Shown piece after piece: positions 12,836 through 24,196 of a stretch of 64,000 bases of DNA. This stretch comes from Leucobacter sp. Lineage in GTDB: Bacteria > Actinomycetota > Actinomycetes > Actinomycetales > Microbacteriaceae. Every line of letters begins with the position of its first letter. Within the stretch, counting starts at the first letter, position 1. The translations under genes were made by a program, and so were the position numbers. A model generated the notes under the pieces. It worked only from the letters and a program-made list of their open reading frames with translations. It searched no databases and was not told where the DNA came from. The DNA lies in the NCBI GenBank assembly GCA_052090925.1, contig JBQDBM010000012.1, forward strand, positions 6,679 through 70,678, written 5' to 3'.

Positions 12836-13339
12836 ATGATGAGCAACCCGCTTAAGAAGACCATGGTATTCCTGGGGCTCGCGGAAGAAGAACTTGGAGA
12901 AGACGGCACCCCGGAGTCTCCGCGTTCATCGGCTGGCCCCGCTTCGAGTGAATCTGCGCCCCAGTCAGTGCCCAGAGAACGCTCGACGCCTCAGAAAGCC
13001 CCTGTGACACCATTGCGTAAGGTGACACCGACGAGACAGGCAGGAGTGCAATCGATGAACGAGATTCTAACCCTGCACCCGACCGAGTATCGCGATGTTG
13101 CGGTCGTCGCTGAGAATTTCCGTGATGGGGTTCCGGTGATATTGAACCTCTCGAAAGTTAATGAGGATGACGCGAAGCGCATCATTGACTTTGCCAGCGG
13201 CCTCTCGATGGGGCTTCGTGGCCGAATTGAGCGCGTGACAAGTAAGGTATTTTTGCTGTCACCCGAGCACATTGCTGTGAGCGGGGACGAGTCGCTAACT
13301 GAAGAAAGCGGTTCCTTCTTCGTCAGCCCTTCCGCCTAG
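12836..13339 (+). CDS. sepF: Cell division protein SepF
   Basis: ORF 12827-13339. N-terminal [14 protein letters not shown] is followed by a disordered linker and a conserved C-terminal domain ([26 protein letters not shown]...RIIDFASG). The start is ambiguous among TTG 12827, ATG 12836 and ATG 12839. Confidence 0.85.
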   Translation: MMSNPLKKTMVFLGLAEEELGEDGTPESPRSSAGPASSESAPQSVPRERSTPQKAPVTPLRKVTPTRQAGVQSMNEILTLHPTEYRDVAVVAENFRDGVPVILNLSKVNEDDAKRIIDFASGLSMGLRGRIERVTSKVFLLSPEHIAVSGDESLTEESGSFFVSPSA

Positions 13340-13348
13340 TCGATAGCC

Positions 13349-13636
13349 TTGAGCGTCATCTTCCTTATCGGCTTTGTGCTGCGTTTAGTGCTTCAGCTCT
13401 ACACATTTGTGCTGTGGGGAAGATTTGTGCTCGACTGGGTACGTGTTTTGAACCCAAGGTTTAGGCCGCGTGGAGTATTCCTCGTACTTGTGGAACTTGT
13501 CTACACTGTCACTGACCCTCCGATCCGAATGTTCCGTAAGGTTCTCCCACCGATCCGTCTCGGGCAGATTTCGTTGGATCTTGGATGGATGCTCACGCTC
13601 CTGAGCTGTTGGATTCTGATCGCATTGCTCCCGTAA
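13349..13636 (+). CDS. yggT: YggT/YlmG-family membrane protein
   Basis: 95-aa two-TM ORF immediately after sepF, with a sequence pattern typical of YggT (..VYTVTDPPIRMFRKVLPPI..). Confidence 0.8.
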   Translation: MSVIFLIGFVLRLVLQLYTFVLWGRFVLDWVRVLNPRFRPRGVFLVLVELVYTVTDPPIRMFRKVLPPIRLGQISLDLGWMLTLLSCWILIALLP

Positions 13637-13753
13637 GCTGCAAGTACTCCGGTTCTGGTCGTAATCTTAAATTTCGTCAACTGATTACCGGCAATGTTTG
13701 CTAGCGTTGATACCGACCACGTCAGTGGTCCCGAAGCGAAAGAGACTTATCGA

Positions 13754-14428
13754 ATGGCCCTGACACCTGAAGACGTTCTGAACCAGCGGTTCACGATCAC
13801 GAAGTTCCGCGACGGATACGACCTTGAGCAGGTCGATGACTTCCTAGATGTCATCGTCGAAGAGCTACGTCAACATGAGCAGGCGAAAGAGGAGCTTCGC
13901 GCGGAGGTTGAAGAACTCACTGCGAAGCTTGAGGCCGCAGAAAGCACACGCGACGCCGCCACCGAAGCGACACCTTCCAGCGAGGAGCCAGTGTCGAGCG
14001 AAGAGGCAGCGGATCGCACCATCGTGGTCGACGCTCCGAAACCCGCTGCGCCCGAGCAGGCAGCACCAACTTCAGAGGCAGCAGCTTTCTCTGCTGGCGC
14101 GCAAGGCGATGCGGTTAAGTCGAGTGCAATGTTGCAACTCGCACTGGAACTGCACGATAAGCACATTCATGAGGGCGAGGCCAAGCGGGACCAGCTCGTC
14201 ACCGACGCTGAGAGCACAGCTAAGCGACTGATCGAGGACGCGCAGAAGCAGCGTGCCGACGAACTGCGTCTACTCGGTGACGAACGCTCAGGTCTTCAGG
14301 GCAAAATTCGCGAGCTGCGTGATTTTGAGCGCGAGTATCGTTCAACGCTGCGCTCATACATTCAGTCACAGCTGCGCGGGCTCGACGGTTCACCTGAACC
14401 GGACGGGGCACCCGAGGGTCTGCAGTAA
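13754..14428 (+). CDS. divIVA: DivIVA-domain protein (Wag31-like polar growth/division protein)
   Basis: ORF 13694-14428. The internal ATG at 13754 gives the canonical MALTPEDVLNQRFTITKFRDGYDLEQVDDFLD N-terminus, followed by coiled-coil sequence. Confidence 0.86.
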   Translation: MALTPEDVLNQRFTITKFRDGYDLEQVDDFLDVIVEELRQHEQAKEELRAEVEELTAKLEAAESTRDAATEATPSSEEPVSSEEAADRTIVVDAPKPAAPEQAAPTSEAAAFSAGAQGDAVKSSAMLQLALELHDKHIHEGEAKRDQLVTDAESTAKRLIEDAQKQRADELRLLGDERSGLQGKIRELRDFEREYRSTLRSYIQSQLRGLDGSPEPDGAPEGLQ

Positions 14429-14437
14429 TTCAAAGGC

Positions 14438-15127
14438 GTGAACGACGCTTCTCTTTCTGACTCCTCCGCAGTAGTCCCAGGAAAAACTCGGATCCAGCGA
14501 TATGCTCCGTGGCTGCTGATCGCAATTGCGGCGGTAATCTACGCCTCAGACCAGCTCGTTAAGAACTGGGTGGTTTCGAATCTCCCCGAGGGTGAATCGA
14601 TACCCGTTATCGGTGAGTTTCTGCAGTGGCACTTTGTACGAAATCCTGGCGCTGCATTCTCGATGGCGAGCGGGGCGACGTGGATTTTCACGATTCTCTC
14701 GGCCGTGGTTGTCGGCGTGATCGTCTGGCAGATTCGCCGACTACGGTCGGTGTCTTGGGCAGTGTTTCTGGGGCTCCTCCTTGGAGGCGTACTTGGGAAT
14801 CTCACGGACCGGCTCACGCGTGACCCCGGATTTCCTGTCGGTCACGTAATTGACTTCATCCTGACGCCCTGGATGATGCCAGCGATCTACAACATCGCAG
14901 ACATGGGCATCGTCGTCGGCATGGTGATCTTCGTGCTGATTACGTTCTTGGGAATCTCGCTGGACGGCACTCGGTCGAAATCACGGACTTCGGAACCAGC
15001 TGACAGTGAATCCAATGTGATTGACGAGACAGACGACAATGCTGTGCGCGCAGATGATGACGATACATCCGCGCTCGATGTGCCAGACAATGAGAGCGAC
15101 TCGAGGGGCAGCGGTGGAGCAGCGTAA
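14438..15127 (+). CDS. lspA: Lipoprotein signal peptidase (signal peptidase II) LspA, with an acidic C-terminal tail
   Basis: 229-aa ORF with the [11 protein letters not shown] and [10 protein letters not shown] motifs and 4 TM segments. The last 50 aa or so are rich in Asp, Glu and Ser. Confidence 0.88.
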   Translation: MNDASLSDSSAVVPGKTRIQRYAPWLLIAIAAVIYASDQLVKNWVVSNLPEGESIPVIGEFLQWHFVRNPGAAFSMASGATWIFTILSAVVVGVIVWQIRRLRSVSWAVFLGLLLGGVLGNLTDRLTRDPGFPVGHVIDFILTPWMMPAIYNIADMGIVVGMVIFVLITFLGISLDGTRSKSRTSEPADSESNVIDETDDNAVRADDDDTSALDVPDNESDSRGSGGAA

Positions 15128-16034
15128 CCTTCCCGTACCCGATGGCCTTGCAGGAGAGCGTGCAGATTCTGCGCTCGCGAAGCTGCTCGGCTTCTCCCGG
15201 AGCTTTGCTCAGGAGGTACTTACCGAGGGCGGCGTCACACTGGAAGGCCGTGAGTTAGGCAAATCTGATCGACTGCAGGCGGGAGCCTGGCTCGAAGTGA
15301 CCTGGGTGGAAAAGGCAGGTCCTGAAGTGGTTCCGGTCGAGGTTTCAGATTTTGGTATTGTGCATGACGATGAAGACATCGTGGTGATCGATAAGCCTGC
15401 CGGGGTGGCTGCGCACCCTTCACTCGGCTGGCAGGGACCAACGGTCCTCGGAGCGCTCGCTGGGGCCGGTTATACGATCGCGACGTCCGGGCCGGCTGAA
15501 CGGCAGGGCATCGTGCATCGTCTGGATGCGGGTACGAGTGGCCTAATGGTGGTTGCGAAGAGTGAGCGTGCGTACCGCGACCTCAAGCGCGCGTTCAAGA
15601 ATCGTGAAGTCGACAAGATTTATCACACGGTCGTGCAGGGCCACCCCGACCCGTTCTCTGGGACAGTCGAGGGGCCAATTGGGCGTCACCCGGGATCTGA
15701 ATGGAAATTCGCGGTCACCAACGATGGGAAGCCGTCGATCACCCATTACGAGACGCTCGAAGCGTTCCCGTTTGCCACGCTCCTCGAGGTGGAACTTGAG
15801 ACCGGTCGCACCCATCAGATTCGAGTGCATATGGCTGCTCAGCGTCACCCGTGTGTGGGAGACGCTATGTACGGGGCCGATCCCACACTCACCGAGAGGC
15901 TGCAGCTTTCACGGCAGTGGCTGCACGCGATGCGGCTCGGATTTCGACATCCGGGTACGGGCGAGCTGGTTTCGTATGAGTCTCAGTACCCGGCGGACCT
16001 GCAGCGCGCACTCGACATTCTCTCCGAGGCGTGA
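15114..16034 (+). CDS. rluD: RluA-family 23S rRNA pseudouridine synthase (RluD-like)
   Basis: ORF 15021-16034. The in-frame GTG at 15114 overlaps the lspA end. An S4-like N-terminus and the catalytic motif [15 protein letters not shown] are present. Confidence 0.88.
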   Translation: MEQRNLPVPDGLAGERADSALAKLLGFSRSFAQEVLTEGGVTLEGRELGKSDRLQAGAWLEVTWVEKAGPEVVPVEVSDFGIVHDDEDIVVIDKPAGVAAHPSLGWQGPTVLGALAGAGYTIATSGPAERQGIVHRLDAGTSGLMVVAKSERAYRDLKRAFKNREVDKIYHTVVQGHPDPFSGTVEGPIGRHPGSEWKFAVTNDGKPSITHYETLEAFPFATLLEVELETGRTHQIRVHMAAQRHPCVGDAMYGADPTLTERLQLSRQWLHAMRLGFRHPGTGELVSYESQYPADLQRALDILSEA

Positions 16035-16094
16035 CCAGAGCAAACCGCGAAACCAGGGGCGGCACTCCGGTACCCTGGTGAGGGCGAAGAAAGG

Positions 16095-19000
16095 GTGTCA
16101 TTAGTGTCCGAGAAAGACGGCTTCGTACATCTCCACAATCACAGCGAATACTCGATGCTCGACGGCGCAGCTCGCGTCGGCGATCTCATGGATGCGGTGG
16201 CTGCGCAAGGGATGCCGGCGGTAGCTGTTACCGACCACGGCAATACATTTGGCGCGTTCGACTTCTGGCAGCAGGCGCAGGAGCGTGGTGTGAAGCCGAT
16301 CATCGGTATCGAGGCCTACCTGACACCGGGAACACACCGGAGCGACCGTACTCGCGTGAAGTGGGGTGACGGGGCAGGAGATGATGTATCTGGCGCGGGC
16401 GCATACACCCACATGACTCTGCTCTCTGAGAGCACTCAGGGCATGCACAATCTGTTTCGCCTCTCAAGCTACGCATCACTCGAGGGGTACTACTTCAAAC
16501 CTCGAATGGACCGGGAGCTACTGCAGACCTACGGGAAAGGTATCATCGCGACGACGGGCTGCCCCTCTGGTGAAGTGCAAACCCGCTTGCGACTCGGGCA
16601 ATATGACGAAGCCGTAAAAGCTGCGGCAGAGTTTCAAGATATCTTCGGGAAAGAGAACTTCTTTTGTGAGCTCATGGACCACGGGCTCGATATCGAGCGG
16701 CAGGTGCGCTCAGATCTCCTCAAAATCGCAAAAGACCTGAGTATTCCGCTGCTCGCGACCAATGATCTCCATTACGTGCACGAGGCGGATGCTGAGTCAC
16801 ATTCAGCGCTTCTGTGCGTCCAATCGGGCTCCCGGATCGATGATCCGAACCGGTTCCAATTCAACGGCTCGGGCTATTACCTGAAATCGGCTGCCGAGAT
16901 GCGCCATCTGTTTCGCGACTTCCCTGAAGCGTGTGACAACACGCTGCTGATTGCGGAGCGGTGCTCTAGCGAGTTCAACACTTCGGCAAACTACATGCCG
17001 CGGTTCCCTGTCCCGGCTGGAGAGTCCGAAGAAAGCTGGTTCGTCAAAGAGGTCGAGCGCGGCCTCCAGTACCGCTACCCGAGCGGGATCCCAGACGACG
17101 TGCGTAAGCAGGCCGAGTACGAAATTGGCGTCATTGTTCAGATGGGCTTCCCCGGCTACTTCCTCGTCGTCGCCGACTTCATCACCTGGTCGAAGAAGAA
17201 CGAGATTCGGGTGGGACCTGGCCGTGGCTCGGGTGCCGGTTCAATGGTTGCATATGCGATGAGGATCACTGATCTTGACCCGTTGAAGCACGGACTCATC
17301 TTTGAGCGCTTCTTGAACCCGGACCGAGTATCGATGCCGGACTTCGATGTTGATTTTGATGATCGTCGCCGCGGTGAGGTCATTAAGTATGTGACCGAGA
17401 AGTACGGCGATGAGCGTGTCGCTCAAATTGTCACCTACGGCACGATCAAATCAAAGCAGGCGCTGAAAGACGCCTCCCGTGTACTGGGATTCCCGTTTGG
17501 GATGGGCGAGAAGCTCACCAAAGCCATGCCCCCGGCCGTGATGGCAAAGGACATCCCTCTCGCTGGCATCACCGACCCTGAGCATCCTCGCTACAAGGAA
17601 GCGGGGGAGTTCCGGGCTCTCATGCAGGTGGATGCAGAGGCTAAGCAGGTGTACGACACCGCACTTGGACTCGAAGGGTTGAAACGCCAGTGGGGTGTGC
17701 ACGCCGCCGGTGTCATCATGTCGAGTGACCCACTCATTGACATCATCCCACTGCAGAAGCGTGAGCAAGACGGGCAGATTGTCACTCAGTTTGACTACCC
17801 GACGTGTGAGAATCTGGGCCTCATTAAGATGGACTTTCTGGGGCTTCGGAACCTCACGATCATCTCGGACGCGCTGGAGAACGTTCGTCAGAACCGGGGA
17901 GAGGAGATCGATCTCGAGACACTCACGCTCGATGACACCGCGTCATATGAACTCCTGTCCCGAGGCGACTCTCTCGGAGTATTTCAGCTCGATAGTGGGC
18001 CACTGCGCGCGCTCATGCGCTCAATGAAGCCCGACAACTTTGAAGATATTTCTGCCCTCATCGCGCTCTACAGGCCAGGCCCAATGGGGGCTGACTCACA
18101 CACCAACTACGCACTGCGTAAAAATGGGCGACAAAAGATAACTCCAATCCACCCCGAACTCGAAGAGCCGCTGCGCGAGATCCTGGACACGACGTATGGC
18201 CTGATCATCTATCAGGAGCAAGTTATGGCTGTGGCGCAGAAAGTGGCGGGCTTTTCGCTCGGACAAGCCGATATTTTACGTCGTGCGATGGGAAAGAAGA
18301 AGAAGTCAGAACTTGATAAGCAATACGAGGGCTTCTCCTCGGGCATGAAAGAGCGTGGATACTCCGAGGGGGCTGTGAAAGCACTCTGGGACATTCTGCT
18401 TCCATTCTCCGACTACGCGTTCAATAAGGCGCACTCGGCTGCCTACGGAATGGTCAGCTACTGGACCGCATACCTCAAGAGCAATTTTCCGGCCGAGTAT
18501 ATGGCTGCGCTGCTGACCAGTGTGGGGGATTCAAAAGACAAACTTGCGCTCTACTTAAATGAGTGTCGACGCATGGGAATCCGTGTACTTCCGCCCGACG
18601 TCAACGAATCGTTCGTGAACTTTACCGCGACCGGTGATGATATTCGGTTCGGGCTCGGTGCGATCCGTAACGTTGGCGTTAATGTCGTGGAGGGGATCCG
18701 TGGCACGCGGGAGAGCACGGGATTGTTTGAAGCGTTCCACGACTTTCTGAAGCGTGTACCGATGCACGTGCTCAACAAGCGGACGATTGAGTCGCTCATC
18801 AAGGCGGGCGCGTTTGACGCTATGCGAGCCACGCGTCGCGCGCTCGTCGAGATTCATGAGGCCGCGATTGAAACCGCGGTGAAAGACAAGCGAGACGCGG
18901 AGAATGGGAACGTCGGTTTCGATTTTGACAGCCTGTTTGCGGAAGCAGCGGGCCCCGAGAATTCGAATGAAACCGTCTCTCAGGTTCCAGATCGACCAGA

Positions 19001-19649
19001 GTGGACGAAGAAGGACAAGCTCTCATTTGAGCGAGAGATGCTCGGCCTTTATGTGTCGGACCATCCACTGCGCGGTCTCGAAACCACCCTCGCGAAAGAT
19101 GCCTCGGTCACCGTGGAGCAGATTTCCGGTCCAGACTCAAAACTAGACGGTGAGGTTGTGACTGTCGCTGGCCTCCTCACCAATGTGGAGCATCGGACCG
19201 CGAAGTCGGGCAACCTCTACGGCATGGTGTCCATCGAAGACTTCACGGGCGAGCTCCAGGCCCTGTTTATGGGTAAGAGCTACCAGGAGTTCGGTCAACT
19301 CTTGCAGCCCGATTCGATCGTGGCGCTGCGTGGCAAGCTGAAGGCTCGCGATGATGGCATGACCATGCATGCGTACGGGGTGAAACCCATTGAGGTGACG
19401 GTGCAGGATGACGCGGAGACTGTCAATCTCTCACTGACGGATACGCGGGCGACTGAGGACCTCATGAGTGACCTCAGGGCGACGCTGCAACGCCACCGGG
19501 GCGAAAGCGAAGTGCGGTTGAACTTGCTGACACCGGCCGGTGTTCGGGTGTTTGAGCTTCCGTTCACCGTGCGCGTCACCCCGGACCTTTACGGAGAGCT
19601 CAAGGGACTGCTCGGGCCTCACTGCCTTGCCCCAGTGGGAAGCGCGTAA
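16095..19649 (+). CDS. dnaE: DNA polymerase III alpha subunit DnaE
   Basis: 1184-aa ORF with a PHP domain (FVHLHNHSEYSMLDGA), a polymerase core (PDFDVDF) and an OB domain near the C-terminus. Confidence 0.96.
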   Translation: MSLVSEKDGFVHLHNHSEYSMLDGAARVGDLMDAVAAQGMPAVAVTDHGNTFGAFDFWQQAQERGVKPIIGIEAYLTPGTHRSDRTRVKWGDGAGDDVSGAGAYTHMTLLSESTQGMHNLFRLSSYASLEGYYFKPRMDRELLQTYGKGIIATTGCPSGEVQTRLRLGQYDEAVKAAAEFQDIFGKENFFCELMDHGLDIERQVRSDLLKIAKDLSIPLLATNDLHYVHEADAESHSALLCVQSGSRIDDPNRFQFNGSGYYLKSAAEMRHLFRDFPEACDNTLLIAERCSSEFNTSANYMPRFPVPAGESEESWFVKEVERGLQYRYPSGIPDDVRKQAEYEIGVIVQMGFPGYFLVVADFITWSKKNEIRVGPGRGSGAGSMVAYAMRITDLDPLKHGLIFERFLNPDRVSMPDFDVDFDDRRRGEVIKYVTEKYGDERVAQIVTYGTIKSKQALKDASRVLGFPFGMGEKLTKAMPPAVMAKDIPLAGITDPEHPRYKEAGEFRALMQVDAEAKQVYDTALGLEGLKRQWGVHAAGVIMSSDPLIDIIPLQKREQDGQIVTQFDYPTCENLGLIKMDFLGLRNLTIISDALENVRQNRGEEIDLETLTLDDTASYELLSRGDSLGVFQLDSGPLRALMRSMKPDNFEDISALIALYRPGPMGADSHTNYALRKNGRQKITPIHPELEEPLREILDTTYGLIIYQEQVMAVAQKVAGFSLGQADILRRAMGKKKKSELDKQYEGFSSGMKERGYSEGAVKALWDILLPFSDYAFNKAHSAAYGMVSYWTAYLKSNFPAEYMAALLTSVGDSKDKLALYLNECRRMGIRVLPPDVNESFVNFTATGDDIRFGLGAIRNVGVNVVEGIRGTRESTGLFEAFHDFLKRVPMHVLNKRTIESLIKAGAFDAMRATRRALVEIHEAAIETAVKDKRDAENGNVGFDFDSLFAEAAGPENSNETVSQVPDRPEWTKKDKLSFEREMLGLYVSDHPLRGLETTLAKDASVTVEQISGPDSKLDGEVVTVAGLLTNVEHRTAKSGNLYGMVSIEDFTGELQALFMGKSYQEFGQLLQPDSIVALRGKLKARDDGMTMHAYGVKPIEVTVQDDAETVNLSLTDTRATEDLMSDLRATLQRHRGESEVRLNLLTPAGVRVFELPFTVRVTPDLYGELKGLLGPHCLAPVGSA

Positions 19650-19663
19650 TCAGGTCGCGGGAC

Positions 19664-19669
19664 TAGGGT
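19664..19669 (+). promoter_or_regulatory. Candidate -10 hexamer TAGGGT, 6 nt upstream of the nadE ATG (leaderless)
   Basis: Fits TANNNT. There is no SD in the 6-nt gap (ggattt) before ATG 19676. Confidence 0.45.
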
Positions 19670-19675
19670 GGATTT

Positions 19676-20509
19676 ATGCGTGAAAACCAAGACCGGATAA
19701 CGGAGACACTGGGAGTCCGACCCATCGCTGACCCGGGCAGTGAGATCGAGCGACGCGTGAGGTTTCTCGTCGATTATGCGACGGCGACCCCTGGCGTGCG
19801 CGGGTACGTTCTGGGAATCTCCGGTGGACAGGATTCGACACTCGCTGGGCGACTCATTCAGCTCGCGGTCGAGCGATTACGAGACGCAGGCCATGACGCT
19901 GAGTTTGTTGCTGTCCGGCTACCGTACGGAGTACAACAGGACGAGGACGATGCGCAGCTCGCACTGCAATTTATTCGCCCGGACCGTACGGTGACCGTCA
20001 ATGTGGCTGAGGCTGTCGATGCACTCAGTCACGAGGTATCGGGCGCAACAGGTGAGTCAGTGAGCGACTTTAATAAGGGGAACGTCAAGGCCCGCATGCG
20101 GATGGTTGCACAGTACGCGATTGCGGGGGACCGGAATCTCTTGGTGGTTGGCACGGATCACGCGGCAGAAGCGGTCACCGGGTTTTATACAAAGTTTGGC
20201 GATGGTGCCGCAGACCTTGTGCCGCTCGCTGGCCTCACAAAGGGGCAGGGCGCTCAAATGCTACGGCACATGGATGCTGCCGAGCGCTTGTGGCATAAGC
20301 CGCCGACCGCTGATCTTTTAGACGGTAAGCCCGGGCAGACCGACGAGGAGAGCCTCGGTGTCAGCTATCAAGACATTGATCTATTTCTCACGGGAGCGAA
20401 AGTTACAGCCGCTGTGGCGGAGAACCTTGAGCGACGATACCGTGGGACCGAACATAAACGCCGCATGCCTGTCACACCTGACGACACGTGGTGGAGCGCG
20501 GAAGGCTAA
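19676..20509 (+). CDS. nadE: Ammonia-dependent NAD+ synthetase NadE
   Basis: 277-aa ORF with the PP-loop [10 protein letters not shown] and typical NadE length and pattern ([19 protein letters not shown]). Confidence 0.92.
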   Translation: MRENQDRITETLGVRPIADPGSEIERRVRFLVDYATATPGVRGYVLGISGGQDSTLAGRLIQLAVERLRDAGHDAEFVAVRLPYGVQQDEDDAQLALQFIRPDRTVTVNVAEAVDALSHEVSGATGESVSDFNKGNVKARMRMVAQYAIAGDRNLLVVGTDHAAEAVTGFYTKFGDGAADLVPLAGLTKGQGAQMLRHMDAAERLWHKPPTADLLDGKPGQTDEESLGVSYQDIDLFLTGAKVTAAVAENLERRYRGTEHKRRMPVTPDDTWWSAEG

Positions 20510-20513
20510 AATT

Positions 20514-21035
20514 ATGAAAACTTTTATACTCGCTGGCGGTTGCTTTTGGTGTCTCGACGCCGCCTACCGCGCGATGCGCGGGGTAAAGGGCGTGCTTTCT
20601 TGCTATGCGGGAGGCCACACAGCAAACCCCACATACAATTCGGTGTGTAGCGGAACCACCGGCCACGCTGAGACGGTAGCAGTGTCGTTTGACGAGGAAG
20701 AACTCCCTGCCTCCGTCGTGCTTGACGCATATTTCACGATGCACGACCCGACTCAGCTCAACCGGCAGGGTGCCGACGTGGGGACACACTACCGTTCCGT
20801 GATGTTTTATGACGGTGACGAGCAACGCGAGTTGTTCGAAGCAGCCAGGGACCGGGCAGCGGAGATCTGGCCTGGGGAGGTTGTCACCTCAATTGAACCA
20901 TTGACGACGCTGTACCCAGCCGAGGAAGAACACCAAGATTTCTTCACGAAAAACCCCACGCAGGGGTACTGCCTCGCGGTTGTGGCCCCTAAAGTGAACA
21001 AGGTTCGGGCGAGCTTCGCAAGCTATCTCGCGTAG
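20514..21035 (+). CDS. msrA: Peptide methionine (S)-sulfoxide reductase MsrA
   Basis: ORF 20358-21035. The internal ATG at 20514 gives MKTFILAGGCFWC (catalytic GCFWC), and the upstream part overlaps nadE. Confidence 0.92.
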   Translation: MKTFILAGGCFWCLDAAYRAMRGVKGVLSCYAGGHTANPTYNSVCSGTTGHAETVAVSFDEEELPASVVLDAYFTMHDPTQLNRQGADVGTHYRSVMFYDGDEQRELFEAARDRAAEIWPGEVVTSIEPLTTLYPAEEEHQDFFTKNPTQGYCLAVVAPKVNKVRASFASYLA

Positions 21036-21045
21036 TTCATAGCCA

Positions 21046-21519
21046 CTACGCATCGACCGGTATGAATCCGTCATTCGATGGCTGAGTCTCACTCGTTGTG
21101 GCGGCATCGTTGGCGGCGTCTGTGGCCTCGGAAGTGGCGTTTGCTTCAGATGTTTCTGTCTGTTGCTTCGTGAATCGAGACGTACCCCAGCGCACGTCAT
21201 GGCCGAGTGCGTCGGCGTCAATCTCCACAGACAGGCCTGAGCGATCCTTTTCTTTCTGTTCCCACCGCCGCACCCGGAGCCTGCCGTGTACGATCACACG
21301 GTCCCCTTTCGAGAATGACGCTGCCGCATGTGCGGCCATCTGTCGAAACACAGAGACCGTGAACCAGTTTGTGTCGCCGTCCACCCACTCCCCGCGTTCG
21401 CGGTCATAGCGTCGCTCGTTACAGGCTAAGCGGAATGAGCAGAGTGTGACCTCCGGCGCAATTTGTATGAGTTTGGGGACCGTGGCGACTGTGCCAACAG
21501 CGCAAATGGGGTTCGACAT
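21046..21519 (-). CDS. ssb: Single-stranded DNA-binding protein paralogue (OB fold)
   Basis: 157-aa ORF whose pattern aligns by eye with the SSB OB fold (GTVATVPKL..., WFTVSVFRQMAAHAAASFSKGDRVIVHGRLRVRRWE...). A low-complexity Thr/Ser/Ala tail ends ..NDGFIPVDA. AAGGAG lies 5 nt before the ATG. Confidence 0.75.
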   Translation of the reverse strand: MSNPICAVGTVATVPKLIQIAPEVTLCSFRLACNERRYDRERGEWVDGDTNWFTVSVFRQMAAHAAASFSKGDRVIVHGRLRVRRWEQKEKDRSGLSVEIDADALGHDVRWGTSRFTKQQTETSEANATSEATDAANDAATTSETQPSNDGFIPVDA

Positions 21520-21711
21520 GGACTACTCCTTAGATCTGAACGGGTGGTGGTTGGCGGGCAGCCCGACGCGCCGTGCGAGAAGACGCCGAGCCGCCCTGCC
21601 ATACAGCTTGCGCGAGAGCCGGGCTGTTAGGTGGCTCACCCGCAAATCTGTGGGTAGTTTGCCTGCGATGAGGCCTAATCGCGTGCTGTGAGCTGTCATC
21701 CGAAAGTGGAA

Positions 21712-21740
21712 CTGTGACCTGCCCGATGGGCAGGTCACAG
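21712..21740. promoter_or_regulatory. Perfect 13-bp-arm inverted repeat (CTGTGACCTGCCC gat GGGCAGGTCACAG) in a divergent intergenic region
   Basis: Read directly from the sequence. It lies between the divergently oriented ssb paralogue and the lipoprotein gene. Function is unknown (operator or RNA hairpin). Confidence 0.5.
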
Positions 21741-21792
21741 CCCAGTTCTGCTCACACAACTTGAGCTGAGAATTCGCACAAGCTTCTGCCCA

Positions 21793-21798
21793 TACACT
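21793..21798 (+). promoter_or_regulatory. Candidate -10 hexamer TACACT, 6 nt upstream of GTG 21805 (leaderless)
   Basis: Fits TANNNT. The 6-nt gap (tggcct) contains no SD. Confidence 0.4.
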
Positions 21799-21804
21799 TG
21801 GCCT

Positions 21805-22311
21805 GTGACACATTCGCCCCCTCACTCTCGAGCTCGAAAGAGCTTGGCACGGGTGCTCCGCAGCACAGTCTGTGCCGTAGCGCTCGTCCCACTCTTTGTT
21901 GGTTGCACGCTCCTCGAAGGGCCGACTCCCGAAACTCCACCCAGGGAAACCCCGGCGGCACCCGAAGTGGCACCTGAGTTTGTTCCGGAGGGGAGCGCAG
22001 AAGAAAATCTGCCGATCTTCACAGAGACGCTGCGTCAATACTCCGAGGGAGACACAGCGATCGAGGGACAACCGATTGTTGATGCGATTGCTAACGTCGG
22101 ATTCAACCGCGACGATATGCAGGTGAGCTTTGATCGCACCAAGACCGACCTCGTCGCCGACCACATATTCGTTTCCGTGCGTGTTGACCAAGAGTGCCTC
22201 ATCGGGCAGGTCGTCACCGATGACCGCTCTTTTGTGACGGAGGTCATGCCAGCAGTGGGACCCGAAGAGAATATTTGTCTGATTGGCGAGACTCGAGCAA
22301 TCGACTGGTGA
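21805..22311 (+). CDS. Putative lipoprotein (hypothetical)
   Basis: 168-aa ORF with a signal peptide and lipobox (ALVPLFVGC), then a Pro/Glu-rich linker and a globular acidic domain. Preferred over the Cys/His/Arg-rich 299-aa antisense ORF. Confidence 0.6.
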   Translation: MTHSPPHSRARKSLARVLRSTVCAVALVPLFVGCTLLEGPTPETPPRETPAAPEVAPEFVPEGSAEENLPIFTETLRQYSEGDTAIEGQPIVDAIANVGFNRDDMQVSFDRTKTDLVADHIFVSVRVDQECLIGQVVTDDRSFVTEVMPAVGPEENICLIGETRAIDW

Positions 22312-22509
22312 GGATGCTGATTCTTCAAATTGTGGATCGTGTCGCGTGCGGTGCTCGTCGGCTTCGGGCTGCGACTCGCGCTTGAGTAACGCCTCTGAGA
22401 CTTCAAGGGGTACTTCGTTCAAACTCGACGGCGCGGGTAAGCTAGAGGATTGTTACCGTACATCCGCTGACTACAGGGAGATCACGGCGCCTCGCGCCGA
22501 TACACAAAT

Positions 22510-24192
<1,683 letters not shown>

Positions 24193-24196
24193 TTCT

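Noticed and set aside
21520-21804. SOS (LexA) box upstream of the SSB paralogue
   Set aside because: No TCGAAC-N4-GTTCGA-like or GAAC-N4-GTTC motif was found in the spacer. The 13-bp palindrome has an unrelated sequence.
21523-22422. 299-aa minus-strand ORF spanning the ssb-lipoprotein spacer and the whole lipoprotein gene
   Set aside because: The translation is Cys/His/Arg-rich with no recognisable domain. The plus-strand ORF has a proper signal peptide, lipobox and -10 element. The minus ORF would also run through the divergent promoter region and abut the ssb start.
22312-22509. Possible regulatory leader or uORF upstream of ettA
   Set aside because: Only 5-bp stems were found. No convincing terminator, uORF or SD-sequestering structure is present. 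A TAAGCT -10 candidate near 22436 is not supported by anything else.
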